Part shown: in pieces, positions 29,741 through 38,750 of the stretch
How positions within the stretch are numbered: position 1 is the first letter of the stretch
How the letters are laid out: each line of letters opens with the position of its first letter
NCBI GenBank assembly: GCA_963666485.2
Contig: CAXXUO010000002.1
Coordinates: 320,001-384,000 of the forward strand
Direction of reading: 5' to 3'
Source of the DNA: Syntrophorhabdaceae bacterium
Lineage (GTDB): Bacteria; Desulfobacterota; Syntrophorhabdia; Syntrophorhabdales; Syntrophorhabdaceae
Length of the DNA: 64,000 nt
Notes under the pieces: generated by a model
What the model saw: only the letters and a program-made list of their open reading frames with translations
Database searches by the model: none
Told to the model about the DNA's origin: nothing
Made by a program: the position numbers and the translations under genes

Positions 29741-30008
29741 GACAGACCTTGCATATACGATCGCCGAAAAACTGAATATTCCAAAAGTACAGGCCGGGCA
29801 GGCTATTTCGGCTGTATTTGACGCAATCGCCGAAGCATTGAAAAGAGGTGAAAAAGCGCAGTTTATCGGATTCGGTACATTCTCCATATCCAGGAGAAAA
29901 GCGCGCGCGGCAAGAAATCCCCGTACCGGGGAAAAAATTGAGATTCCCGCAAAGAACACGATCAAGTTCAAGGCAGGGAAAGAACTCGATCATCATATCG
30001 AACGTTAA
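29733..30008 (+). CDS. HU family DNA-binding protein
   Basis: MNKTDL...GFGTF...ARNPRTGEKIEIPA...FKAGKEL. Confidence 0.95.
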   Translation: MNKTDLAYTIAEKLNIPKVQAGQAISAVFDAIAEALKRGEKAQFIGFGTFSISRRKARAARNPRTGEKIEIPAKNTIKFKAGKELDHHIER

Positions 30009-30083
30009 ACTCCTCCTTATGACCGGGACCCTGCACGACATTCCGATGGCGGAAGGCAGGGCCCGGATCCAACTCCAGGATTG

Positions 30084-30860
30084 ATGGAAACAGGATCAGC
30101 AATGAAAGTTACTCATACCGCCGTAAAACATTCTTTCGAATATCGCAATGAGCTAAAGCTCTGCGAAACCTCGCGGGACCTTACCGTGACATTGCTAATA
30201 AATGATTTTTTGAGTATTTCCTATTCTCCCGAGGATGCCTGTATTGCGCTGGCCATGAGAGATGTCTTGTTGGACAGTTATAACTACGTGAAAAACTGGT
30301 TTCACTATGGCAGCAATCTTATAATCGAGCTGCGGGTAACGCCTCTTGATGATGCACAAGGTATCACGCCTCTTCCCTGTAATACACCATATCGTTTTTC
30401 GTTGGAGGTGCACGATTGGAAAAATATTATTACTTTCCCGTCCCCACGATCCCCGGGCCACAACAAGAATATTAATTTCTTTTCCGGTCTCCTGGCTCAC
30501 CTGATTGCGCATCATTTTATTACCGCTATCTCGGGGACGGCCAGTTACCACACCGAACCCCGGCGTTATCCGAACGTGCCCGTCTGGCTGGAAGAAGGGT
30601 TGTGCCTGGCAATACAGGGTGAGATTGATCAAGATTTTCGGCATCTGTGTTTTCGTAAGATGCAGGATGTTACTGCCTGGCCCGACCTGAGGCATATAGG
30701 GAACAATCTGCCTTCATGCAGCAATCTGTCGGTGGCCCATTTGCAGGCGTATTGGAACGTATACCAAGTCCTGCGGGCTGGACGAAAATCCGAAATACTG
30801 CGCCTGCTGCGCCAGAACAGGCTTCACCATGTCAATTGGAAGACTCTGATAGATCCATGA
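30084..30860 (+). CDS. Hypothetical protein, zincin (peptidase MA)-like with degenerate motif
   Basis: LAHLIAHH at the HExxH position plus a downstream PVWLEEG motif. Confidence 0.55.
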   Translation: METGSAMKVTHTAVKHSFEYRNELKLCETSRDLTVTLLINDFLSISYSPEDACIALAMRDVLLDSYNYVKNWFHYGSNLIIELRVTPLDDAQGITPLPCNTPYRFSLEVHDWKNIITFPSPRSPGHNKNINFFSGLLAHLIAHHFITAISGTASYHTEPRRYPNVPVWLEEGLCLAIQGEIDQDFRHLCFRKMQDVTAWPDLRHIGNNLPSCSNLSVAHLQAYWNVYQVLRAGRKSEILRLLRQNRLHHVNWKTLIDP

Positions 30861-30938
30861 ATCATTGGATACATCCTTATAAACATGCATCGCGATTTGA
30901 GCATCCGAACGCTCAGATCGTGTGACGATCGAATCTGC

Positions 30939-30970
30939 AAAAAAATGGGCCTCCTGAAAAGAGGCCCATT
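30939..30970 (-). terminator. Rho-independent terminator
   Basis: 10-bp stem AATGGGCCTC/GAGGCCCATT followed by a T-run on the minus strand. Confidence 0.75.
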
Positions 30971-30987
30971 CGGTATTCAATTTAGTT

Positions 30988-31908
30988 CTAAAAGAAGTAC
31001 CAGGCCGCCAACCGGTATTGGTCAATGTGTCCGGTGCGGTCTTCTGAATCCTTGAATCCGATCGCGGGAAAATAATATGACCTGTTGTACCCGGTGAACA
31101 TCGTCATCCACTGGAGACCCAATCGAAGTGATTCATTCGCATCCCACAGCAGGTTGACGCCGTAGGTCTGCATCATGTTGACGTTGTCCGGCATAAAATC
31201 GCGTGCATCGGAACTGTACTTATATTTCAGATAACCAAACATGCCATTAACCGACAATGTATCCGTCAGCCACCAGGAAAGCTGGGCGAACGCTCCAAAG
31301 ACCATCGGCGCATTGGCCTCGCTTGTCCTGAAGTTCCTCCAGTACGAACCATTGCTCGGCCCGCCCGGCATCATCCAGTTGTTTCCCGCGACGTTCTGTC
31401 CATAAAAGAAATTACCGTTCAAAAGGAGGGACATCGTTTTGTCGCCCGCTTTCTCCGGGACAAGGGGAATACTGTAGCGGAAAGCCGTCAACCACGCGTC
31501 AAGCGTGTCGTCCCTATAGTCGCGCGCCCTGGTTATGGGGGGCCATATCTTCTTTTCCTTCCCGAAGTATGCACCTAAGGCAAACTTCAGGTTGTTCGGT
31601 CCGATCTTACCGCACCTGTCGGTCCAGTATGCTATTTCGCCCTGCAATCCCGGCCAGCCGCTCCGTGCGTAGCCGTCGTTGTACTGACGAATGTTATCTG
31701 CCCCTGACCATTCCGTTGCCGACGTGACACCGGCCATGATATTAAATTCTTTCGTGAAGAAATAACGCAATGCCGCCTGCGGCGTCCTGTTGCCGCCGAG
31801 ATACTGACCGAAATCATTATTGCCAAGGGCGGCGTTATAGTAAGGCATGCCCCACTGCTGCCAGTTCTGGCCAATCATCAATTCAGCGGATTGCCAGTTC
31901 AAGGACAT
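30988..31908 (-). pseudogene. N-terminally truncated outer-membrane beta-barrel (porin-like) gene
   Basis: Alternating beta-strand pattern ending AAWYFF. Begins mid-barrel (MSLNWQSAELMIGQNW) with no signal peptide and an in-frame stop 8 codons upstream. Confidence 0.65.
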
Positions 31909-32028
31909 GACATCCCGGTGTCGTCCGGGTTAGTATTGGAGGCCGCATTTTTTAAGATATTGATGTAATGAAGCTCTTTTTTTTGAGAAACATTGAATCT
32001 GGAAGGTGATGATCTCAAGGAGAAAAAG

Positions 32029-32103
32029 CGTCCCCAGGGGGATTCGAACCCCCGTTGCCGGCTTGAAAGGCCGGTGTCCTGGACCAGGCTAGACGATGGG
32101 GAC
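32029..32103 (-). tRNA. tRNA-Glu(TTC)
   Basis: Cloverleaf with acceptor GTCCCCA/TGGGGAC, anticodon loop CTTTCAA and GGTTCGAATCC. CCA not encoded. Confidence 0.96.
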
Positions 32104-32114
32104 ATCTCATAATA

Positions 32115-32188
32115 TGGGCCGTGAAGGACTTGAACCTTCGACTCTCTGCTTAAAAGGCAGATACTCTACCAGACTGAGTTAACGGCCC
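32115..32188 (-). tRNA. tRNA-Lys(TTT)
   Basis: Acceptor GGGCCGT/ACGGCCC, anticodon loop CTTTTAA and GGTTCAAGTCC. CCA not encoded. Confidence 0.96.
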
Positions 32189-32270
32189 AAAACGTGCATT
32201 AACATATGAAAAATTTATTACAAAGTCAAGTGGAATGAGTCCAACAGGGCGCTTCACGACAAGTCTGTCA

Positions 32271-32300
32271 TTGACTCGCCTTGAACGCTCACTCTATAAT
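32271..32300 (+). promoter_or_regulatory. Sigma70-type promoter of nadCAB
   Basis: TTGACT-18 nt-TATAAT. Confidence 0.6.
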
Positions 32301-32309
32301 ATTGTCACC

Positions 32310-33131
32310 ATGTTGCCCGGGATCAAAGAGTTCTTGATGGAAGATATCGGCATCGAGGACATTACGACAAATTCCATAATACCCCCCGAACATCGTTCGC
32401 ATGCAAAGATCATTGCGAAAGAGACCGGGGTGCTCGCCGGCCAGGCGATAGCACGGGAGATCTTTTCGTTCCTCGATAGCGGGATCTCCTATACGGAGCA
32501 CAAAAAAGACGGCGACCTCGTCCGTCCCGGAGAGGTGATCAGTGAAATAGCCGGACAGACGCGGGCCATCCTTACCGGGGAAAGGGTCGCCCTCAATATA
32601 CTCCAGAGATTGTCCGGGACGGCCTCCCTTACGAGAAAATTTGTCGATGCCGTTGCGGGTACGAAAACACGGATACTCGACACGCGAAAGACGACCCCCG
32701 GGATGAGGGACATGGAGAAATATGCCGTCAGGATGGGGGGCGGGACCAATCACAGGCGCAACCTTACTGAAATGGCACTGATCAAGGAAAATCATATAGC
32801 GGTCGCCGGGTCGATATACGAGGCCGTTGGCCTGGTACGGCGGACATCCGGTGTCCCCGTCGAGGTAGAGGTCAGGACCATGGATGAACTGAAAGAAGCC
32901 GTTCAGGCCGGTGCGGACCGCATTATGCTCGATAACTGGGACACCGCGTCCATGGTGGAGGCCGTGAAATTCGTGAACGGGCGCATAGAGATAGAAGCGT
33001 CCGGGAACATGACGCTCGATCGCGTCCGGGAGGTTGCACTGACCGGGGTGGACTTCATATCGGTCGGCGCCCTCACCCACTCGGCGGGGTCCCTCGACAT
33101 GAGCCTGCTTCACGAGGGAGTAAAAACATGA
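32310..33131 (+). CDS. nadC: Nicotinate-nucleotide diphosphorylase (carboxylating)
   Basis: ERVALN, DTRKTTPG, NHR, IKENH, IMLDN, EASG and ISVGALTH. Confidence 0.96.
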   Translation: MLPGIKEFLMEDIGIEDITTNSIIPPEHRSHAKIIAKETGVLAGQAIAREIFSFLDSGISYTEHKKDGDLVRPGEVISEIAGQTRAILTGERVALNILQRLSGTASLTRKFVDAVAGTKTRILDTRKTTPGMRDMEKYAVRMGGGTNHRRNLTEMALIKENHIAVAGSIYEAVGLVRRTSGVPVEVEVRTMDELKEAVQAGADRIMLDNWDTASMVEAVKFVNGRIEIEASGNMTLDRVREVALTGVDFISVGALTHSAGSLDMSLLHEGVKT

Positions 33132-34189
33132 CGTCGGAAAAGAGCATATCACAGGCAGAGATACATGACAGGATCATGGCAGCGAAGAAAGCGCTGGGAA
33201 AAGACCTTGTCATTCTTGCCCACTATTACCAGAACATCACCATCGTGCGGGCCGCCGATTTTGTGGGCGATTCGCTTCAACTGGCACAGAGCGCCTCACG
33301 CCAGGCGGACGCAAAGTACATCGTCTTCTGCGCCGTCTCCTTCATGGCGGAGATGGCGAGGATCCTCTGCCAGCCGCATCAGAAGGTATTTCATCCCGAA
33401 CTCGCTGCAAAATGCCCGCTTGCCGAAATGGCGGTGATCCGTGATGTCGAGAAGGCGTGGGACCTTCTGAAGGGAACGGGCAGGACGATCATACCCGTCG
33501 TGTACGTCAATTCGCGCGCCGACCTCAAAGCCTTTTGTGGAAAGAACGGGGGCTTTGTCTGTACCTCCGCGAATGCCGCAAAGGCGATGGGCCACGTCCT
33601 GTCGCAGGGCGCGATACCGCTCTTTTTCCCGGATGAGAACCTGGGCAGGAACACCGCACATACCATGGGCATAACAGATGACGAGATGTTCCTGTGGGAG
33701 CCGTACACCGACATATCCGAAAAGAATATCGCGGAAATAGCCCGCAAGAAGGTAATCCTCTGGCGCGGTTTCTGCTATGTCCATGTTGCCTTTAAACCGT
33801 CCGACATAGACGACGTGAAGAAAACGCACGGGAGCGATATCAAGATCATCGTTCACCCGGAATGCATACCCGGGGTCGTTGAGCGTTCGGACTACGTGGG
33901 CTCGACGAGCTTTATCAAGAGCACGGTCGAGGCCGCGGCACCGAGGTCCAAGTGGGCCATTGGAACGGAAATAAACTTCGTGAACAGGCTCAAGGAGGAC
34001 AATCCCGATAAACTCGTCGTTCCGCTCAAGGAATGGGGATGCCGGGAGATGGCCAAGGTCACCTCGCTGAAATTCCTCGAGGTCCTGGAGAATCTCGTTC
34101 ACGGAAGGCCCCAGCCTGAAGTTGCCGTTGATCCGGACGATGCAAAATATGCTAAAATTGCACTGGAAAGGATGCTTGCGATAACCTGA
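33128..34189 (+). CDS. nadA: Quinolinate synthase
   Basis: LAHYYQ, GDSL, VFCAVSFMAE, YVNS, CTSAN, PDENLG, HPEC and GST. Confidence 0.95.
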   Translation: MTSEKSISQAEIHDRIMAAKKALGKDLVILAHYYQNITIVRAADFVGDSLQLAQSASRQADAKYIVFCAVSFMAEMARILCQPHQKVFHPELAAKCPLAEMAVIRDVEKAWDLLKGTGRTIIPVVYVNSRADLKAFCGKNGGFVCTSANAAKAMGHVLSQGAIPLFFPDENLGRNTAHTMGITDDEMFLWEPYTDISEKNIAEIARKKVILWRGFCYVHVAFKPSDIDDVKKTHGSDIKIIVHPECIPGVVERSDYVGSTSFIKSTVEAAAPRSKWAIGTEINFVNRLKEDNPDKLVVPLKEWGCREMAKVTSLKFLEVLENLVHGRPQPEVAVDPDDAKYAKIALERMLAIT

Positions 34190-35760
34190 TGAAAACTGAA
34201 GAGAAATTTTATTGCGACGTACTCATAATCGGTTCCGGGATAGCGGGCCTGTCGTGTGCCATCACGGCCGCCGAGCTCGGGCTCGATGTCATTATCCTCA
34301 ATAAAGAGGCATCGATCCAGGAATCGAACACAAATTACGCCCAGGGCGGCATCGTTGCGCGGGGCCTCGAGGATTCCCCCGAACTCCTTGCCGAGGACAT
34401 CATACAGGCCGGCGATGGCATATCGAACCCCGATGCCGTCCGGATCATCGCCTATGAAGGCCCGGGCATGGTGGAAGATTTCCTCATCAAGAAGGTTGGG
34501 GTACCTTTTTCGCGGGCCGGAGACGATGAGTTCGAATTCGCACGCGAAGGAAGCCATTCGCGCAGAAGGATCCTTCACTCAAAGGATTCGACCGGGAAGG
34601 CCATAGAGACCGCGCTCATCAACAAGCTCGGCGAATACAAGAATATTCGTGCATATGCGGACCACACGGCGATAGACCTTTTAACCATACCGCATAATTC
34701 GATCAACCCCATAGCACTCTACAGGGAACCTCAGTGCATAGGCGCGTATGTCCTCAACAATAAAACGGGGAATGTCGAGCGTTTCTTTTCGTCCTACACC
34801 GTGCTCGCAACGGGCGGGCTCGGGCGGATATATCAGCATACGACCAACCCCACCCTCGCAACCGGTGATGGCTTCGCCATGGCGGACCGGGCGGGGGCGC
34901 GGCTCATCAACATGGAATACATACAGTTCCACCCCACAACCCTTTTTCACAAGGATGCCGACGGTTTCCTCATCTCAGAGGCGCTTCGGGGTGAGGGGGC
35001 ACGGCTCAAAACAAAGGATGGGGTCCCTTTCATGGCGAAGTATTCCGAGCTTGGCGACCTCGCTCCGAGGGACGAGGTATGCCGCGCAATGTACGAGGAG
35101 ATGATAAAGCGCGGGGATTCGTATGTCTATCTCGATATAGCCTCGTATACGGACATCAATGTCAAGAAACGGTTCCCGATGATCTACGAAAGGTGCCTCG
35201 ACTTTGACATAGATATCCAGAAGGTGCCCATTCCCGTCGTTCCCGCTGCCCATTACAGTTGCGGGGGCGTGCAGGTCGACACGTGGGGAAAGTCCTCACT
35301 CAAGTGCCTGTATGCCGCCGGCGAGGTGGCTGCGACCGGCCTTCACGGCGCAAACAGGCTCGCGTCGACGTCCCTTCTCGAGGGACTCGTCTGGGGCATA
35401 CGCTCCGCGAAGGACATTGCCGGCAGTTTCAACGGGAACAAACCGTACAAGGAATCCGACATACCTCCCTGGCAGTTCCCGGAAAGGACCGAGGAGACCG
35501 ACCCTGCCCTCATACAGCAGGACTGGGTCAGCATAAAATCGACGATGTGGAACTACGTCGGCATCATTCGCACAGTGAGAAGGCTCGAGCGTGCCCAGGC
35601 GGATATCGGGTACCTGAAGAACCGTGTCGACGATTTTTACCGCAGGGCCCAGCTCGTCCCCATGGTCATCGACCTGCGCAACGGCGTCAGGACCGCCCGG
35701 ATCGTCGCCGAGGCCGCACTGAAGAACAACGTGAGCCGGGGAGCGCATTTTATAAAATAA
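34189..35760 (+). CDS. nadB: L-aspartate oxidase
   Basis: GSGIAG, AQGGI, EGSHSRRRILH, QFHPT, SEALRGEG, HYSCGG and HGANRLASTSLLEG. Confidence 0.96.
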   Translation: MKTEEKFYCDVLIIGSGIAGLSCAITAAELGLDVIILNKEASIQESNTNYAQGGIVARGLEDSPELLAEDIIQAGDGISNPDAVRIIAYEGPGMVEDFLIKKVGVPFSRAGDDEFEFAREGSHSRRRILHSKDSTGKAIETALINKLGEYKNIRAYADHTAIDLLTIPHNSINPIALYREPQCIGAYVLNNKTGNVERFFSSYTVLATGGLGRIYQHTTNPTLATGDGFAMADRAGARLINMEYIQFHPTTLFHKDADGFLISEALRGEGARLKTKDGVPFMAKYSELGDLAPRDEVCRAMYEEMIKRGDSYVYLDIASYTDINVKKRFPMIYERCLDFDIDIQKVPIPVVPAAHYSCGGVQVDTWGKSSLKCLYAAGEVAATGLHGANRLASTSLLEGLVWGIRSAKDIAGSFNGNKPYKESDIPPWQFPERTEETDPALIQQDWVSIKSTMWNYVGIIRTVRRLERAQADIGYLKNRVDDFYRRAQLVPMVIDLRNGVRTARIVAEAALKNNVSRGAHFIK

Positions 35761-35764
35761 AAAA

Positions 35765-35796
35765 ACGGCGTACGGCGTACGGCTGACGGCGTACGG
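35765..35796 (+). repeat. Heptamer tandem array (ACGGCGT)n
   Basis: ACGGCGT ACGGCGT ACGGCTG ACGGCGT ACGG directly after the nadB stop. Confidence 0.85.
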
Positions 35797-35887
35797 TGAA
35801 AAGATAACCCATCGCCCGTTACCCATCATCGTTAACCGCTAGCGTATCGCTTCTATAACATTTAATAGCGGGCAGTACGACAAGAAG

Positions 35888-35925
35888 GAAAACCTTGGAT
35901 CCCGGTGTCAAGCACCGGGATGACG
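35888..35925. repeat. REP-like palindrome, copy A1
   Basis: GAAAACCTTGGATCCCGGTGTCAAGCACCGGGATGACG; identical copy at 47532-47569. Confidence 0.9.
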
Positions 35926-35981
35926 TCATATGGCAGGGGTCCACGATATAGACTGTAAAGGTCTCGATCGTGCAGGATGCA

Positions 35982-36341
35982 CTGGTCAGGATAAGCGTTG
36001 ACAACTACAGACTCATAAATGAAGAGTCACGGTCTTCCGGTTAAGATTGTTTCAGTGTAAGACACTCCAATCGCAGAGGGATATCAACTGCCACTCATTC
36101 ATTGTCAAACCTTCCGGAAAAATTTGGGGGACGTCCTTAAGAAAGTAAGAAACTCCTCAAACAACTAAACGGACCGCCCTGTCGTTATTATCCCCGGACC
36201 GGGTAATTCTAAGTTACTTACTTTCTTAAGGACGTCCCCTTTGCCTTTATAAGTTACTTACTTTCTTAAGGACGTCCCCTTTGCCTTTACAGTATAACGA
36301 GCTTAACCGGGAGACTGGTTGTTAACGCAAATGTTGACTAG
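35982..36341 (+). ncRNA. Candidate structured RNA/ssDNA element with nested long-range stems
   Basis: Stems 35982-35989/36334-36341, 35995-36005/36318-36328 and 36030-36045/36302-36317. Non-Watson-Crick pairs within them are G-T on the + strand. Confidence 0.45.
36127..36289. repeat. 23-bp inverted repeat plus 40-bp perfect tandem duplication
   Basis: GGGGACGTCCTTAAGAAAGTAAG (36127-36149) is the reverse complement of 36217-36239 and 36257-36279. 36210-36249 equals 36250-36289. Confidence 0.9.
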
Positions 36342-36380
36342 GGCAGATAGATGGAAATGAAAGACAACCCAGCAGAAGAG

Positions 36381-36447
36381 GCCTTTAGCCTTTAGCCTTT
36401 AGCCTTTAGCCTTTAGCCTTTAGCCGTACGCCGTTAGCCGTACGCCG
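36381..36447 (-). repeat. Heptamer tandem array (GCCTTTA)6 plus GCCGTAC/GCCGTTA variants
   Basis: Direct reading; opposite orientation to the 35765 array. Confidence 0.9.
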
Positions 36448-36452
36448 ATTTC

Positions 36453-37025
36453 TTATCCCTCATCTTCCAATTCCGCTATCGTCAGCTTTTGCACCCCGAA
36501 GCTTTTGGCTGCGCGTACATCTTTGTCCATGAAGACATCGACGCGGTGGCCGAATCTCGGGTGCATGCGGTCGGCTACGGTGCAGTCGCCGATCGTTTCT
36601 ATCCTGAGCCGGGTATTGAGAGGGTATGCGTTGCTGGCCACGATGCATTCGCCCTTTTTGTATCTTTTGCAGATATCGGTCCCGTCGGCCGATATGCAGG
36701 GAGTGGAATCGGTCTGTTCGGGCACGGAATTATACGCCGTTACCTCGCGGACCATCCATCGTTTTTCTCTTTTGCCGCCCGTGGCATTCGATTCCGCGCG
36801 GACGCCGGCCGGTTCCCTGCTGTCACTTTTCGTTGCAAGGGCCACCGCGTGTTCACCGAATATCTTTTTTTCATTAGCCTGCGACTGCATCAGTTCTATC
36901 ACACCGGCAATGAGCACAAAACCAAGGCTGATACAGAGTACGCGCCGCACATGGGCCCTTATTGCGGCTTTTACAGCAAAAGATCGGTGCATCATTAGGA
37001 AAACGTAACACGGGGAGTCGGGCAT
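36453..37025 (-). CDS. 3D-domain protein (MltA-like/cell-wall associated)
   Basis: VTAYNS...QTDSTPCISADG, VASN, VADRM and RVDVFM; N-terminal TM. Start uncertain. Confidence 0.8.
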   Translation of the reverse strand: MPDSPCYVFLMMHRSFAVKAAIRAHVRRVLCISLGFVLIAGVIELMQSQANEKKIFGEHAVALATKSDSREPAGVRAESNATGGKREKRWMVREVTAYNSVPEQTDSTPCISADGTDICKRYKKGECIVASNAYPLNTRLRIETIGDCTVADRMHPRFGHRVDVFMDKDVRAAKSFGVQKLTIAELEDEG

Positions 37026-37147
37026 TTCTGTAGCGCAAGCGACAAAAATGGTGTGGTCGCTTTTTCAGAAAAGCATCGTCCCGAATGATTACAAACTGTT
37101 AAAGGCGGTCATCCATACAGAGTTTGAAGCGGCACTGAGAAATCAGT

Positions 37148-37729
37148 TCACCTGGGCGGGGGACGCATCAGGTCGCCCATCGTAGAGAGAAATGCCGCGT
37201 AATTGACTTCGTCGGCTTCCCGGGCACTGGCAAAATACGTGATCCTGAGCTTCATGAAGAGACCGCGGTACCCTGTGAGATAAAGGTGGGATATAAGCTT
37301 TATATTGTTCTGTTCGTAGGTCAGGACCCCATGGATGAATTTAACGGGCCCGACCGGAACGATCTCTTTTTTGATCGCAGGGGAAACATTCTTGTAGGTA
37401 CCTTGTTTTTCCAGTTCCCTGATATCGCTCAATGCCTGGTCGAATTCCTTACCCGCTGCGGGTGAGGACGCTCCATCCGGAATGGGGCCCTGTTGCAGGT
37501 CGTAGAGGAAAATATCCGCCCGCATTGTTTCAGTGCGGTAGGAAACACCGGTGCCAAGACCGGCATAAAGAGGCTCGTAATCCGTCGCCCGGACGAGCTT
37601 CAGGTTGCTGATCGTGTCCGGGAAGAGGATGCCCGACTTAGGATGACGATACGGTTCCGCGCCGGCAGCCGGGACCATCAGGACCACCCAGAGCAGCGCA
37701 AGACACATACGGACGCATATTTTTGTCAT
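37148..37729 (-). CDS. Hypothetical exported protein
   Basis: GAGGAG RBS; signal peptide ending AGA-E. Confidence 0.7.
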   Translation of the reverse strand: MTKICVRMCLALLWVVLMVPAAGAEPYRHPKSGILFPDTISNLKLVRATDYEPLYAGLGTGVSYRTETMRADIFLYDLQQGPIPDGASSPAAGKEFDQALSDIRELEKQGTYKNVSPAIKKEIVPVGPVKFIHGVLTYEQNNIKLISHLYLTGYRGLFMKLRITYFASAREADEVNYAAFLSTMGDLMRPPPR

Positions 37730-37742
37730 GGGTACTCCTCGC

Positions 37743-38207
37743 TTAAGGAACGGGGCTGTCCGCCTGCAACGCCTCATGTGCACGCATGATTTCCTTCTTC
37801 AGTTTTTCAACAAGATCTTCAGGTTTCGCAACCAGCCTGAAGGCCACGGCCTTGTTATCCTTGCGCAGGACCATGACCTTGCCGAACCCGAGAAAGACAC
37901 CGAGCGCGGGTTTAATAAAATCGGCCCCTGCGAGCTCTTTGTAGGGCATTTCATACAGGCGCGTGAAAGGAAAACCTATCTTGATGACGAGCTTTGAATC
38001 GGTAAGAACAAATTCCGACATCCGGAGGTTCCGGATGGAGAGCACTCCCCACGCTATCGCGACACCCATCATGACAAGGGCAGGAATGGTGTGTGCACGA
38101 ACGGATATTCCTCCTACGATAAAAAGCATCGCAGGCCCGAACAGGGCCGCCCAGTGCACCGTCGTGCGGTACAATATATTTTCCGTTTTTTCCTGTTTTT
38201 CTTCCAA
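37743..38207 (-). CDS. Membrane protein with bacterial PH (bPH_2-like) domain
   Basis: ILYRTTVHW, two TM helices, EFVLTDSKLVIKIG and LGFGKV. Confidence 0.7.
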   Translation of the reverse strand: MEEKQEKTENILYRTTVHWAALFGPAMLFIVGGISVRAHTIPALVMMGVAIAWGVLSIRNLRMSEFVLTDSKLVIKIGFPFTRLYEMPYKELAGADFIKPALGVFLGFGKVMVLRKDNKAVAFRLVAKPEDLVEKLKKEIMRAHEALQADSPVP

Positions 38208-38258
38208 TCCAGGTACTTCCTTTTTAACCTTGGAGCGTGGAACCTGGAACCTTTGTTT

Positions 38259-38750
38259 TTACGTTCCGCAATCCGCCGGGTCGCCCTTAAGTTTCGCGAG
38301 TGCGTGAGGGATGGCCTTTATGACAAAACCAAGATTTTCCACGGCGGCCCGTTCGCTGCCGGGAAGGTTAATAATGATGCTGGTGCCGCGGATCCCCGCC
38401 ACCGCCCGTGATATGACCGCATGCGGCGTTATCTTATAGCTCTCTGAACGCATCACCTCGGCAAAACCGGGAAGGTCGCGATCGATGACCATGCGCGTCG
38501 CCTCGGGGGTAACATCACGCGGCGACAGTCCCGTCCCGCCCGTCGTTATCACGACATCCGCCTTCTCGACGTCTACGGCAGCTTTCAGGGCATCGGCTAT
38601 TACGCTCGTTTCATCGGGCACAACGATGACGTCATTCACGGCAAAACCTTGCTCTTCCATCATCTTCTTGAGAGCGGGCCCGCTCGTATCAACCCTTTCG
38701 CCGCGGGAACCTTTGTCGCTCACCGTTATTATCCGGACCTTGTAACTCAT
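38259..38750 (-). CDS. mog: Molybdopterin adenylyltransferase (MogA/MoaB family)
   Basis: TVSD...DTSG, VPDE, TTGGTGLSPRDVTPEAT, SRAVAG and NLPGS. Confidence 0.92.
   Translation of the reverse strand: MSYKVRIITVSDKGSRGERVDTSGPALKKMMEEQGFAVNDVIVVPDETSVIADALKAAVDVEKADVVITTGGTGLSPRDVTPEATRMVIDRDLPGFAEVMRSESYKITPHAVISRAVAGIRGTSIIINLPGSERAAVENLGFVIKAIPHALAKLKGDPADCGT

Noticed and set aside
32029..32060. attL/attR duplication of the tRNA-Glu (or tRNA-Leu/His) 3' end
   Set aside because: No second copy found by eye in the window and no integrase. A short degenerate copy cannot be excluded.
31899..32105. 68-aa ORF
   Set aside because: It is a translation of the tRNA-Glu sequence.
36210..36289. Possible CRISPR array
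   Set aside because: Only two adjacent 40-bp copies with no spacer, and no cas genes in the window.
36330..36360. IscB omega/HEARO RNA suggested by GTTGACTAG
   Set aside because: No matching GTCAAC-type 5' end and no downstream IscB/TnpB ORF.
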